Both the position numbers and the translations under genes were made by a program. DNA of 64,000 nt from Limnothrix sp. BL-A-16. Its GTDB lineage: Bacteria > Cyanobacteriota > Cyanobacteriia > CACIAM-69d. Location of the stretch: assembly GCA_041937175.2 (NCBI GenBank), contig CP166615.1:3232001-3296000 (forward strand), written 5' to 3'. Below the pieces are notes generated by a model. It saw only the letters and a program-made list of their open reading frames with translations, did no database searches and was not told where the DNA came from. Each line of letters begins with the position of its first letter. Position 1 is the stretch's first letter. Below, in pieces: positions 19,258-29,977 of the stretch.

Positions 19258-22236
19258 TTAGCGCGTCGCCACATCCTCCGCCTCACTCAAGAACTCATCA
19301 TAGGTCAGGCGGATAAATCCATCCTTGCGGGGTGGAGTCAGCTTATTGCCATCACCATCCCCACTCACCCCCGCAGTTCCACCGTTATCCTGTCCGTGGG
19401 GATTGAAGACCACCACGTAGCGCTGCCCACCTTCTTCAAAAGCATCAGTCACCGTGTAGGCATGGCTGCCATAGAGCAATGACACCTTCTTCGGTGTGGA
19501 AGCGGTCACAGTCAGCCCGCCCGCCAGAGCGTCCCGAATGATTTCAAAGGTATAACCGGGATTGCCATCCTCCTCCGGCTTGTTGGTGTAGCGCGTTGGT
19601 TTGCCACCCAGCACATGGCCTTGGGCTTCGGCTTCTGAGCCACCATTGCCCATCTTGTCGTAGCTACCCAACCACTGGGCATAGGCACGCTCCATCACCA
19701 CGGGCCAGAGGATATTGTTGGGATCCTCAGGGTTTTGGGTGCGGGTTGAACCCGCAATCTTGCCTTCATTGGTGATGAAAGTTTGGTCAACCGTCACATA
19801 CTCTGCCCGTCCGGTTTGCGAATTGAAGAATCGCACCGTATAGGTTTGGTCGCCATTATTGGTAATCGCATCCAAAATGGTCTGCGATGTACCGGAACCC
19901 CGGAAGGGATTCTCTTCAGACGAGGGGCCCAAAGGTTGGCGACGGAATGTTGATCCCAAGGCAGCGATGTAATAGCAATTGCCGAATGGCTCCTGGGCCA
20001 AATCGCCAATGATCGGTTGTCCCCTCGTGCCGTAGAGCGTTCCTTGAACGGGCTGATAGGTGAAGGTTGTGGTTGAAGGGTTGCTTTCTGATGAGAATGT
20101 ATCTGTCCAAGTTGGTGTTGGACGCACTTGCCCTAAGAACCAGTTGCCCACCACATCGTCGTTGAAACTACTGGCGCTAATTCCCTCGGCGGCCACCTCG
20201 CCTGCAACTTTGCCGGCCAGGTAACGAACCGGGGCGGGCACATCGAAGGCATCTGTGGAACGAGAGAGGGTTTCCAGGTCAGCCGATTCACTGGCATCAA
20301 TTTGCCCATCGGCACTCATCACTTGGTAAATCGCCAAATAGTCAGCGCGATCGAGCAATTCATCATTGGCCCGGGTTTGTACTTCCGTCCGCACACCGTC
20401 ACTCTTGAGGGCCCCGAGGTAAGTGTTCAAGCTCGGGCGGGCCCGCTGTACCGTGTTGCTGCCGGGAGCGGCCGTGACCGTGAAGGCTCCCACTTGCTCT
20501 TCGATCGAGCTGCTGACGCGTACCAGATAATTGCGTCCCGCTTCCGGCGTAAACGTAAGCTGGGAATTCACATTATTCGGGAAACTGATGTCGTCATTGT
20601 CGGCAACCACTAATCCCGAAGCGGCATCCACCACCTCTAGGTGAGGATCCAGAGCCGTGGAGGAGAGGTTCAGTTGCACCGCCTGCCCCGCTGTCACACC
20701 GGTCAGGTTGTAATCAGCCCGATAGAAACCTTCGGCCTTCGGAGAACCACCGGACAGGGAACCGCTGAGACTTTGCCCCAAACCCAAACTGCCAGCCAGC
20801 GTGCTGGAGCCGGTGACGCTGACGCTGAAATCACCCACGGCGCTGACACCCGTAACAAAGCTGGTGACCCGTAGCGTGTAGTCCGTATCGGGTTTGGCGG
20901 TGAAACTCAGACCCGCATTCTTGGTGGTGGGGCTACCGTTGTCATTTTCGGCAACCACCTGGCCGGTCGCTTCATCAATGATTTGTACTGCCGGATCAAA
21001 ACCATTGCGACCGGCAACAGTGATGTCAACTTTTTGATTGCCAACCACATCCGTCAGGAAGAAGTCCTGAGATCTCGCACCGCCTGCTCTGGTGGGGTTC
21101 AAGGCGCTGGTGTTGGTCAGAGAGCCACTAGTGGTTTGGCCTGGCGCAACCGTTTCAATCGTTTCATTCCCCGTGGAACCGCTACCCAGGGCTTCCAAAT
21201 CTAGGCTATAGGTGGTGTTGGCTGCTGAGGTGACACGAGCAAAGTAAGTGCCAGCAAACTGTTGTGGGAAGTAGATTTCACCAGTCTGCCCAGGCGTGGC
21301 GATCGTTGATTCCAGCATTTCGCCCCCGTCCAGACGACCGTTATTGTTTAGGTCGCGGAACAGTTCTAGGGTGGCTGGCGCACTGTTTTGGTAAAGGAAT
21401 AGGCCAAAGTCGCGGTTGCGATCCAGCGAGAAGCGGTACAAGTCACTCTTTCCAGGACTCAGGGTTCCTGTGCGGGTGTCAGTGCCACTGAGAGTTCCTG
21501 CATTGGTGGCGCTGCCTAGGGATAGCCCGATCGCGCTAGCCGGAGTCGCTACTGCTTTTTGCTGGAGAGCCAAATTAAAGTTTGTGTTCCCCTCAAACTG
21601 ATACACGTCCAGAAAATACTGGCCGGGGAACAGATTCAGCGTCAGGGATTCAGCAGCAGTGCCTTCGTTTTCCGAGAAGATCAATTCTTCTTCTGGTTCA
21701 AACAGGCGGTTTTTGTTTAAGTCTTGCCACAGGGACAGATCTGAATCGGCACTCAGGCCACTCAATGTGGCCGAGAGGGTTGAGGTTTCACGAATGCCCA
21801 GCTCATAGCTAACAATCGGCTGGTCATCATTAATGCGACCGGACAAGGTGCGCGTTCCCGTCAAGGGGTCAAGGCTGGTGGTAGGCACCTCCACGATCGG
21901 CTGCGGTTGAATGCTCTTGTAGCCAAACCGAGCCAGGGCCGCCGCCAGCAATTCTTCGTAGCGTTTGTTGTCTCGCCTGATGCGCTCGCTCGATTCGCCT
22001 GTCAGGGGATCTACGCCCTCTGGAAGTGTTGCACTGCCTCCCTCTGTGAGCAAGGTTGTGGAGTTCACGAACAAATCGCTAGAAATACCGCCTAAAAAGC
22101 TCCCAACCTGATTGACACCCAAAAACTTTAGGGTATCTGTCAATGTGCCATTAGGAACAATTGCACCCTGATTTCCACTGAGTGCTTCGGTCGATCGTTG
22201 CGTTGCATCGATCGATCCAAAAAGATCGCTATTCAT
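19258..22236 (-). CDS. PPC-repeat protein with C-terminal calpain-like (C2) cysteine protease
   Basis: Repeated PPC-like domains; QEPFGNCYY, HAYTV and FNPHG supply Cys/His/Asn triad. Confidence 0.82.
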   Translation of the reverse strand: MNSDLFGSIDATQRSTEALSGNQGAIVPNGTLTDTLKFLGVNQVGSFLGGISSDLFVNSTTLLTEGGSATLPEGVDPLTGESSERIRRDNKRYEELLAAALARFGYKSIQPQPIVEVPTTSLDPLTGTRTLSGRINDDQPIVSYELGIRETSTLSATLSGLSADSDLSLWQDLNKNRLFEPEEELIFSENEGTAAESLTLNLFPGQYFLDVYQFEGNTNFNLALQQKAVATPASAIGLSLGSATNAGTLSGTDTRTGTLSPGKSDLYRFSLDRNRDFGLFLYQNSAPATLELFRDLNNNGRLDGGEMLESTIATPGQTGEIYFPQQFAGTYFARVTSAANTTYSLDLEALGSGSTGNETIETVAPGQTTSGSLTNTSALNPTRAGGARSQDFFLTDVVGNQKVDITVAGRNGFDPAVQIIDEATGQVVAENDNGSPTTKNAGLSFTAKPDTDYTLRVTSFVTGVSAVGDFSVSVTGSSTLAGSLGLGQSLSGSLSGGSPKAEGFYRADYNLTGVTAGQAVQLNLSSTALDPHLEVVDAASGLVVADNDDISFPNNVNSQLTFTPEAGRNYLVRVSSSIEEQVGAFTVTAAPGSNTVQRARPSLNTYLGALKSDGVRTEVQTRANDELLDRADYLAIYQVMSADGQIDASESADLETLSRSTDAFDVPAPVRYLAGKVAGEVAAEGISASSFNDDVVGNWFLGQVRPTPTWTDTFSSESNPSTTTFTYQPVQGTLYGTRGQPIIGDLAQEPFGNCYYIAALGSTFRRQPLGPSSEENPFRGSGTSQTILDAITNNGDQTYTVRFFNSQTGRAEYVTVDQTFITNEGKIAGSTRTQNPEDPNNILWPVVMERAYAQWLGSYDKMGNGGSEAEAQGHVLGGKPTRYTNKPEEDGNPGYTFEIIRDALAGGLTVTASTPKKVSLLYGSHAYTVTDAFEEGGQRYVVVFNPHGQDNGGTAGVSGDGDGNKLTPPRKDGFIRLTYDEFLSEAEDVATR

Positions 22237-22794
22237 AAACTATGCTAAGCCCCAAAAGAGTACTGGAGAGATTAAGCCAGTGACTTTAGCTGCGGCAACG
22301 ATTATTCCAACCGATCGTGCAAAAAATCACTAACGTCTCCGTGCCAGATTTAGCCGCTCATGCTAACAGCCCATCATCTGGAATGGGTTTAGTGTTACAA
22401 GAGTGTTACGCCCAAAATCGCCTAAATTAACCGAAAACAGTTCCTGAGTCCATATTCAGGCGATTTTCAGGCTGAAGACTTATTCATCAATCAGACTGAA
22501 ATTAGATCAGGAGTAAGTTAAGTTTCATTAATTAGCCAATGAATTGTCATCAATCAAGAATCAAATGATCAAATTTTTAATTGGATAATTGCCAATAAAA
22601 TTAGATCACAAACTTCATTGAAAATTCGATGATCAATCTGGCAGTTGAATTGTCAATACATTTGCCAAATCGTCAATCAATTTTTAATCAAATCAATGAA
22701 TGATTGAGCTAATCACTTGTCAAGTCAGATTTATTTGAAAATCATCTCGATTTTTCAGTACCTCACTGCCACTTCATCTCCATCTACTTGTTGG

Positions 22795-24209
22795 CTAATT
22801 ATTATTGCTACTGCTACCTTCTTCTTCCGTTGTCGCAGGGCTTCCAAACGTGCCGCCGGGGCCAAAAAGGGACGTGGCCGCCTCATCCAGTTGTTGGAAA
22901 AAGAGCAGGAAGCCCAAGACATCTCGGAACGGTTGGGTCACGGTGTTCAAGGCATAGGTAATACGGGCGATGAGATTGCGATTCACAACCACCACGTCGT
23001 TATCACGCAGGGGAGGATTATTCGCTGGATCACCCATAAACGCAGCCTTGCCATCCAGAACTCGGGTCACCGGTTTGCCCTGTTCGGGATCAAAACGAAT
23101 GAGGGCAATTCGCCGGAGCCGGGCGGTATCCAATGACACGCCATTGAGCGCATCAATGAAGGTGCTGCCGTTGGGCAGGGTGAGGGTGACCAGGCCACCG
23201 CGACCGGCATAGTTCACCATCCGAATCCGAATGGCGGCACGGGCTACGTTGCTGCGGGCCATCAGGTCTGCGTCATAGCCCGGATCAATGCCGGATTCGC
23301 GCCGAGGTACCACGATCGCATCGCCATCTTGCAGATAAATCCGGGGTTCCGGGGCCCCTTCCACGAGTAGCGAGAGCAGGTTCACGTTTTTCTCGATCGT
23401 GGAGCCGTCGGGCAGTTGGCGGCGAACTTTGATGGCCCGTAGGTCGGCCCAGTCGGTGGCTCCGCCGGAGGCCACCAGGGCGGTCACGACCGTATCAAAG
23501 GGACTCACTCGATAGAATCCGGGTTTGACCACTTCGCCAGTGACCACAATGTCGGGATTCACGGGGGTGAGCACACCGACGGTGACGATCGGGTTAACGA
23601 GATAGCGTTCGTACCCCTGTTGCAGAAACTTTTGCAGTTCGGCGGTGGTTAGCCCTTCCGCATTGACGATTCCCAGTAGGGGGACGGAAATCTGCCCCTG
23701 AACATTGACGATGGTGGAGGTGTTGAGTTCGGGGAAGCCTTGCACCTGAACGGCGATCGTGTCGTAGGACGAGAGGCGATAGACCCGCCACTCCGGGGGC
23801 GGTGCGGTTAAGGATTCGGGCCAGTCGGGAATGGGTTGTCCCGGTTGTCCCGGTTGCAAAAGCGGCACGGGGGCGGCGTTGGGGTCGGAGGGTTGAGCCA
23901 AGGCCGGGCCGGGGGCCGGTTGGGCTGGGGTTGTTGGGGGGGGATGGAGCCGGTTGGGTTGGGGGCCGCTTGGATCGGTCGAATTTGGGGGCGATCGGGG
24001 CCCGATCGGGGAATATCCGGAAACACGGCTTCGGCGGCCGACGGATCGGGATTGAAATCGGGCCGGTTGGTGGGCTGCTCCAAATCGGAGCCATTCGCTC
24101 CCTGGCGAGGCGTTTGGGCCAAGACGGCGATCGCCTGACTACTGAGCAGGACGATCGGTAAACAACGGCTGAGGGCCAAGGTCAGGGCGGGCAGGGAGGA
24201 ACGGGCCAT
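22795..24209 (-). pseudogene. Polysaccharide export protein (Wza/SLBB family) split by a frameshift at a C8 tract
   Basis: Signal peptide ORF from 24209 is out of frame with the Poly_export/SLBB ORF; one extra C at 23936-23943 fuses them. Confidence 0.75.
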
Positions 24210-24334
24210 AGGACAGAAAAGGGCAGCAACGGCAGAATCAGCGGCATCCAAAGCATCCAATCAGCAGAATTCAATCAGGGGCAAAGGGCAGCAATGCCAT
24301 CCCAATTGAGCCATGCAGCAATTCGCGATCGGTG

Positions 24335-25129
24335 CTAGCGATCGACCTTGGGCGGGGCAGGTTTCAGCGGCCCCGTCAACAGGACTTGCTGCACCTGTTG
24401 CGCCAAATCGGTTAAGCGGGCTTGATAGTTTTGATCCCACTCATCCAAGGGCTTATCCGTAGGCAACAGCAAACTGACCGCAACCCAAGGGGTATGGCCC
24501 TGTTGCCATTGGGCCAGTTGATCACGCCAAAACCATTGGCTCGGGGCCGGGTCGCCCCCTTGGGGCCAGGCATACCAGGACAACAGGAAATAGGTTTGGT
24601 GCTGACTGGTCCAAAGCCGCACCAGCCGGGCCCGGAAGGGCGGCAGGCCCGCCGGAGTCAGGGTCAAGGTCTGTTCTGAGTCTGTTTGCAGGCCGTCGCC
24701 CAACCAGTTGCCGGAGTCGAGGGCTGTCCATTCCACTTGGGGCCGATCGCGCCCGCGCTTCATGGGCATCAGCAACAACACGGCGCGATCGCGTTGGGCT
24801 GCGGCGTTGGGGGTTGCGCCCGAGCCTTGGGGCCGCACCCGCTCGATCGGCTGCCAAAGCCACTGTTCACCGCCCAAACTGCGCTGGCTGATCTGCTGGG
24901 TTTGCCAACCGGGAATGGCTAAGCCCTGTTTGGGTAATTGCCGCAGGGTTTTCAGTTGGCTGGGGTTGCCGGCCCGTTGCCAGCGCCAGGCCCCGCCCGC
25001 CACATAACCCGGCAAGGATCCCAGGGCGATCGCCCCCAACAGGCCCAGGGCCAGCAGCTTAGAGCGGTGGCGGCCCCAGAAAGTTTGAGTGGGGGTGGGT
25101 TGCGAGTCCGAAGCGGAAGAGTCGGTCAT
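24335..25129 (-). CDS. Cyanoexosortase B system-associated protein
   Basis: N-terminal TM, PQVEW, WYAWPQGGDPAPSQWFWRDQLAQW; adjacent to wza. Confidence 0.75.
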   Translation of the reverse strand: MTDSSASDSQPTPTQTFWGRHRSKLLALGLLGAIALGSLPGYVAGGAWRWQRAGNPSQLKTLRQLPKQGLAIPGWQTQQISQRSLGGEQWLWQPIERVRPQGSGATPNAAAQRDRAVLLLMPMKRGRDRPQVEWTALDSGNWLGDGLQTDSEQTLTLTPAGLPPFRARLVRLWTSQHQTYFLLSWYAWPQGGDPAPSQWFWRDQLAQWQQGHTPWVAVSLLLPTDKPLDEWDQNYQARLTDLAQQVQQVLLTGPLKPAPPKVDR

Positions 25130-25416
25130 GGGAAAAAGCAGCGGCGGGCAAGGACAGGCTCAAGAGCAAAAATCAAACTAAGGCAATCAAACTAAAACCC
25201 AAGCTGAAACCAAAGCAAAGCTCAAAACACCAACGACAACACAAACCAAAACGGCAACAGATGCACCACGATTAGCTGATCCACAGGCAAATCCTCCCGC
25301 CAGGATAGCGGGCTGGGACTGGTGGCCGCCAAGGGCAACGCGATCGCCCGGGGAGTCGATCGACCCGTCTGGAGATCGATTCGGGATCGATTTGAAATCG
25401 ATGAGATGACCGCAAA

Positions 25417-28400
25417 TTACCAAGGACTGCCAATTGTGGTGAAGCTGGCCCAATAGTAGGGGTGCGCTAGGGAAAAAGTCGCTAACTTGCTCGACTCCGG
25501 CGGCAAATCTACAACGCCACCGGGAAACACCAAGCGCCCATCTTCGGCCCGAGTTTGCCCCCGCAACATGGCAATTTGGGCCCGGCGCAGGGCTTCCGCT
25601 TTGATGGGGGCCGATCGCAAGGCATCATAGAACCCCGCCATCAGCCCCAAGGTTCCCTCATCACTCACATACCAGAGGCTAGCCACCACGGATTTCACCC
25701 CCGCATCCACCGCAAAGCCCGCAAATCCCAACTCCGCCGACTCATCCCCGATCGCCGTGCGACAAGCACTCAGCACCAACAATTCCACGGGCGGACTGCC
25801 CAACCCCAAGTAGCGCAAATCACTGACGGCTAGCCGTCGATCCCATAACCGCACAAAGGAATCTTGGGGAGAGCCGGGCCGAAAATCCGCGTGGGTGGCC
25901 AAATGCAAAATCGGGAACGGGTTCGATCGCCGCTGACGTTTCAGGTTTTCTAAGTTGAACTCTTCATTCAGAAAGGTTTTGTCCCGGGGAATGAGCCGCT
26001 GAATCGTGGCCAGCTCCACCGGCACGGCGGGCAACGGTGGCAAATCCGTGAACTCCGAGGCCCCAAAACTGAGCACCGGGGCCGATCGAATGGGTTCAAA
26101 CTGCGTATCGGTCAGGTTAATGCTGGGAATTAACCCAACGCTGTATTTTTCAATCAAAAACTGCTGGCCATCGTGCAACACGGACACGGGCAGCGATCGC
26201 ATCCCGCGATCCATCGAAAAGGCGATCGTGTCCACCTGATGGCGCACCAAATCTTCGGCCACGGGCCCCACAATCCAGCGGTATAGCTGTTCGGCCGGGG
26301 GGCGGTAGGTGTTGCTGATGCGGGCTACGGGGGTGGTGATGGCGGCTCGCAAATCATTCACCGCCTTCAAAACCCGATCGCGCTGGGCCTCGCGCACCAC
26401 TCGATAGATCGGTGGTGCATCGGGAATCACCAAAATCACATCCAACTGCTCAGGGCGAGCGAAGGTATACAAAATCGCCGGTTTCAGGCCCGTTTTGGAC
26501 TCCAAACGGCGCAATGTGCCCTGAAGGTCGGGAAAACTTTGCACATCGTTGCTCAGGGCCCGACCTAGATGGCCGTTGGTGAGGGTGGTATAGAGCCGAT
26601 CGATTTCCACCGCTGCCTTGTCCGAAGCACCGTCTTTCAGGTGGTCAATGATTTGACGACGGGCCACCTGTTCAACGTCCGTCAAATTGTCTTCCGATTG
26701 CGCCCCGTTGCCCATGGCCCGTTGCTGCACGCTGCGCCCCGCTTCCGGGTCAGCGCGATCGCCCTTCGCTTCTGGCTCCCCACCGGGAGTCGGCGTGGGA
26801 CTCGGAGAAGGCGTGGGACTCGGGGAAGGTGTGGGACTCGGGGAAGGTGTGGGCGTGGGGCTGGGACTCGGCGTGGGACTTGGTGTGGGACTTGGCGTGG
26901 GACTGGGGGAAGGACTGGGACTTGGGCTAGGCGTAGGGCTTGGATCAGGACTGGGGCTGGGGCTAGGACTGGGACTAGGGGTGGGAACTGGCTCGCCCGT
27001 GGTGATGAATTCGATGTTGCCCTGGGTGAAGGGGCCCGGAAAGGAACCGGTGCTGATGGTGCTGCTGCCGGTGGAAACGCCGCCCGCCAAGCCATTGCCG
27101 CCGCTGCTGGGCGTTTCGCCCACCACCAAAGGCACAACGGGCGTTTGGGAACCGCCGCCATGGGTGATGCGCACGGCATTCCCTCCCTGGCTGCCGCCCG
27201 TGGCAATGCTGGTCAAAACGCCCGATCGATCAATAAAAGCCCCCAGGGCCCGGAAAAAGCGCGTGCTCACAATATCCACGCTGCCACCCCGACCATCGCT
27301 CCCCCCTTGGGCGTTCAGGCTGGTGATTTGCACATCGCCCGGGCCCGTGAGGGTGAGGTTGGCGTTGCCACCATTGCCGCCAATGGCACTGAGATTCAGG
27401 GTTCCCAAACTGATGCCGGTGCTGGCGCGGGCCTGAAGATTGCCGCCTTGGCTGTTGCCGCTGGCGTTCAGGTTGCCCCCACTGATCTGGTCGGTGGCGC
27501 TGATCAGCGTGATGCTACCGGCGGCGTTTTGTCCCTGGGTGCTGAGGCTGCCAAAGCTGAGGGCCCGCTGGGCGGTGAGGGTGATGTTGCCGCCGCCGTT
27601 GCCCGCCGCCGTGATCAAACCGGCGATCGCGGCGCTGTTGTTGCTGCTGGCGATCGCCACATTGCCGGCCACGCCAATCACCGGAGCACTGGTGGACAGG
27701 TCGCCACTGAGGGCGATCGGGCCGTTGCTGTCGATCGTTACGCCGCCGCCGCTGCCATTGTTGCCGATCGCCTGGAGATTGCCCCCCACCGTCACCCCCG
27801 TGCTGCTATTAAGCGTGACTGCTCCCCCGGACTGACTGCCGCTGCTGGTGATGGCTCCCGTGGCGATCGCCCCGCCCGAGGTTCGCAATGTCACTTGCCC
27901 CCCGATCGGGCCCTGGCTGGTGATGGCTCCCGTGGTCAGGTTACCCGGCGCAGACAGGTTAATCGCCCCGCCGATGGTGTTAATGTCGCCCGTGGTGATG
28001 GAGCCACTACTGCTATTGAGGGTGATCGGGCCACCTTCGTTACCGGTGGTGCGCAAGGAGCCGGTGGTGATGCTGGAGCCGGCCGAGAGGTCGATCGCCC
28101 CGCCCTGGGTTTCCAGCGCCCCGATTGAGATCGCCTCGCCCGCTTGAATGGTGATCGGTGCGCCCAAGGTGCTCAACACATCGGCGGAATCCAAAAACCG
28201 CACATCGCGCCCCGCCGTGAACCGCACGGATCCCCCATTGGCCATCTGGAGACTGAGGCGATTGTCGGGTAAATTTTCTAGGAAAATATCCCGCTCCGCT
28301 TCCAGGATCAGGTTAGCGGTGCTCAACAACAGTTCTAAGCGCCCCTCACTGATTGTGAAGTCCACGGGAGTGGGCGGCCCCGTAAAAAAGCCTTGATCGG

Positions 28401-29781
28401 TGCGCAGAATCTGATTTTCTGGCTGGCCAAAGGGCACATTACCGCTCAATTCCGAATCATTAATGCCCACTAAACCGGGCACAATCCGAATATCCTGGGG
28501 ATCCAGCAGCAGCGTGCCCAAGGGGCCCAAGGGAGCCGTCAGATCCACCGTTCCCCGCACGGCCAGTTCCCCCTTGGCCGACAGTTCCACAAAACCACCC
28601 GGGCCACCGTTGGGGCCGCCCCGGGCCGCGATCGCCCCGCTATACCAAGTCAAACCATCGGCCCAAACAATCACCTGACCGCCTGCCCCTCGATCGGTGG
28701 CGTTGGCCTGAATTTGGCTGGCCCGATCGACCCAAGTGGCCCAAGCGCTGAACAGATTCCCGCTGCCCCGTTCGCTGCCGCCAATTTGCACCCGACCGCC
28801 CCCCTGAGGGCCGCTGGCTTCCAAATTAGCCCCCACCAAACCCACCCGATCGCCCCCGATCGTGATGCTGCCGCCGGGGCCGGTGGAGCGAGCGGTGTCC
28901 ACATTCCCGGCCACCACCACACCCCGATCGGGCAAGGCCACGGGCCCCGACGCGGCCGATTGCAACAGCACCGAGCCATCGGGATTGATCACCAACTGGG
29001 ACGCGGCGGCGGTGGGGCTGCCGGCCAACAATTCCGCCAGCGATCGCCCCCCGATCGCCCCCGGTTCCGGCAAGGCCACTTCCAAGGTCAAGGTGGATCC
29101 ATCGGGCGCAATCCTGACCCGATTCGTGCCGGGAATGGCGGCCACGGTCACGTTGCCCCCGGGCGCTTGCAGCCGGCCCGTGGACACCACGGAACCACCG
29201 CCCAACAGCCACAGATTTTGTCCTTCGCCCACGGCAAGGGAACCCCAGTTCAACAGATGACCAGGGCGATCGCTCACAAAATCCAGCCATTGCAAGGAGC
29301 CACTCAAGCCGCGAAAGTCTACGGGCCCTTGGGCGGGAAACCAACCGCCATCGCTGAAACCCAGCCGATCGGCGGTGGTGGCCATAAACGAAGCGGGCAC
29401 ATCCAACCGGGCCCCAGCCCCAAACAGGATCCCCGCAGGATTCATGAGATATAAATTCGCCTGGCCGCCGGAGACCCGAATCAGCCCTTCAATCACGGAC
29501 GGTTCACCCCCAGTGACGCGCCCGACGATCGCCCGCAAGTCCGGTGTGGCCAAAAAGTTAGCGATTTCCTGGGAACTGAGGCCCAGCCGCTGAAAGCTAT
29601 GGAACAGGTTATCGCCCGATCGGATGCCGCCGCCGATGTTGTATTGGTTGCCCTGTTGTTGGACGGTGGTGCCCAGGCCGTCGTTGGCGGGAACGATCGC
29701 CGGTTCGGCATGGACGGGGCTGGCCAGGAGGGCCATGCCGATGCCAAAAATCCCGATCGCCGTTTGCCGGTAACTACCCAT
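25417..29781 (-). CDS. Filamentous-hemagglutinin N-terminal (TPS) domain + CHAT protease protein
   Basis: [24 protein letters not shown], Gly-rich beta-helix repeats, PS/PT linker, CHAT HLATHA and LSACRTA, terminal HPYYWASF. Confidence 0.9.
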   Translation of the reverse strand: MGSYRQTAIGIFGIGMALLASPVHAEPAIVPANDGLGTTVQQQGNQYNIGGGIRSGDNLFHSFQRLGLSSQEIANFLATPDLRAIVGRVTGGEPSVIEGLIRVSGGQANLYLMNPAGILFGAGARLDVPASFMATTADRLGFSDGGWFPAQGPVDFRGLSGSLQWLDFVSDRPGHLLNWGSLAVGEGQNLWLLGGGSVVSTGRLQAPGGNVTVAAIPGTNRVRIAPDGSTLTLEVALPEPGAIGGRSLAELLAGSPTAAASQLVINPDGSVLLQSAASGPVALPDRGVVVAGNVDTARSTGPGGSITIGGDRVGLVGANLEASGPQGGGRVQIGGSERGSGNLFSAWATWVDRASQIQANATDRGAGGQVIVWADGLTWYSGAIAARGGPNGGPGGFVELSAKGELAVRGTVDLTAPLGPLGTLLLDPQDIRIVPGLVGINDSELSGNVPFGQPENQILRTDQGFFTGPPTPVDFTISEGRLELLLSTANLILEAERDIFLENLPDNRLSLQMANGGSVRFTAGRDVRFLDSADVLSTLGAPITIQAGEAISIGALETQGGAIDLSAGSSITTGSLRTTGNEGGPITLNSSSGSITTGDINTIGGAINLSAPGNLTTGAITSQGPIGGQVTLRTSGGAIATGAITSSGSQSGGAVTLNSSTGVTVGGNLQAIGNNGSGGGVTIDSNGPIALSGDLSTSAPVIGVAGNVAIASSNNSAAIAGLITAAGNGGGNITLTAQRALSFGSLSTQGQNAAGSITLISATDQISGGNLNASGNSQGGNLQARASTGISLGTLNLSAIGGNGGNANLTLTGPGDVQITSLNAQGGSDGRGGSVDIVSTRFFRALGAFIDRSGVLTSIATGGSQGGNAVRITHGGGSQTPVVPLVVGETPSSGGNGLAGGVSTGSSTISTGSFPGPFTQGNIEFITTGEPVPTPSPSPSPSPSPDPSPTPSPSPSPSPSPTPSPTPSPTPSPSPTPTPSPSPTPSPSPTPSPSPTPTPGGEPEAKGDRADPEAGRSVQQRAMGNGAQSEDNLTDVEQVARRQIIDHLKDGASDKAAVEIDRLYTTLTNGHLGRALSNDVQSFPDLQGTLRRLESKTGLKPAILYTFARPEQLDVILVIPDAPPIYRVVREAQRDRVLKAVNDLRAAITTPVARISNTYRPPAEQLYRWIVGPVAEDLVRHQVDTIAFSMDRGMRSLPVSVLHDGQQFLIEKYSVGLIPSINLTDTQFEPIRSAPVLSFGASEFTDLPPLPAVPVELATIQRLIPRDKTFLNEEFNLENLKRQRRSNPFPILHLATHADFRPGSPQDSFVRLWDRRLAVSDLRYLGLGSPPVELLVLSACRTAIGDESAELGFAGFAVDAGVKSVVASLWYVSDEGTLGLMAGFYDALRSAPIKAEALRRAQIAMLRGQTRAEDGRLVFPGGVVDLPPESSKLATFSLAHPYYWASFTTIGSPW

Positions 29782-29919
29782 GGCTTTTCCTCGCTCGATC
29801 GCTGGGGGTGGATGTGTCCTTAGGGCGATCGTAGCTCGCAAACGGTTGATTAACCCTGGCTTAATTTGGAGCGGCGGGGTGGTTGGGGCGATCGGTTTTG
29901 GGGGTGGATGGTGGGGTTT

Positions 29920-29938
29920 GGCCCCGGGGGATGGGGCC
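29920..29938 (-). CRISPR. Degenerate terminal (trailer) repeat
   Basis: GGCCCC-GGGGGAT-GGGGCC keeps the repeat stem and 19-nt length, one spacer length (39 nt) from the first full repeat. Confidence 0.7.
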
Positions 29939-29977
29939 AATCAATGCGATTGCGCAACGCAAGGTCGATTTTTGCGG

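Noticed and set aside
26790..26990. Short-period G-rich repeats as a non-coding element
   Set aside because: They encode the Pro-Ser/Pro-Thr linker of the CHAT protein
26569..28128. Long plus-strand ORFs (519 aa, 249 aa)
   Set aside because: Antisense shadows of the GC-rich, repetitive CHAT gene
25417..29781. CHAT protease beside a type III array as a Craspase or SAVED-CHAT-like effector
   Set aside because: It has a signal peptide and TPS/hemagglutinin domain, a common cyanobacterial architecture; no TPR, SAVED or CARF sensor; host-like composition
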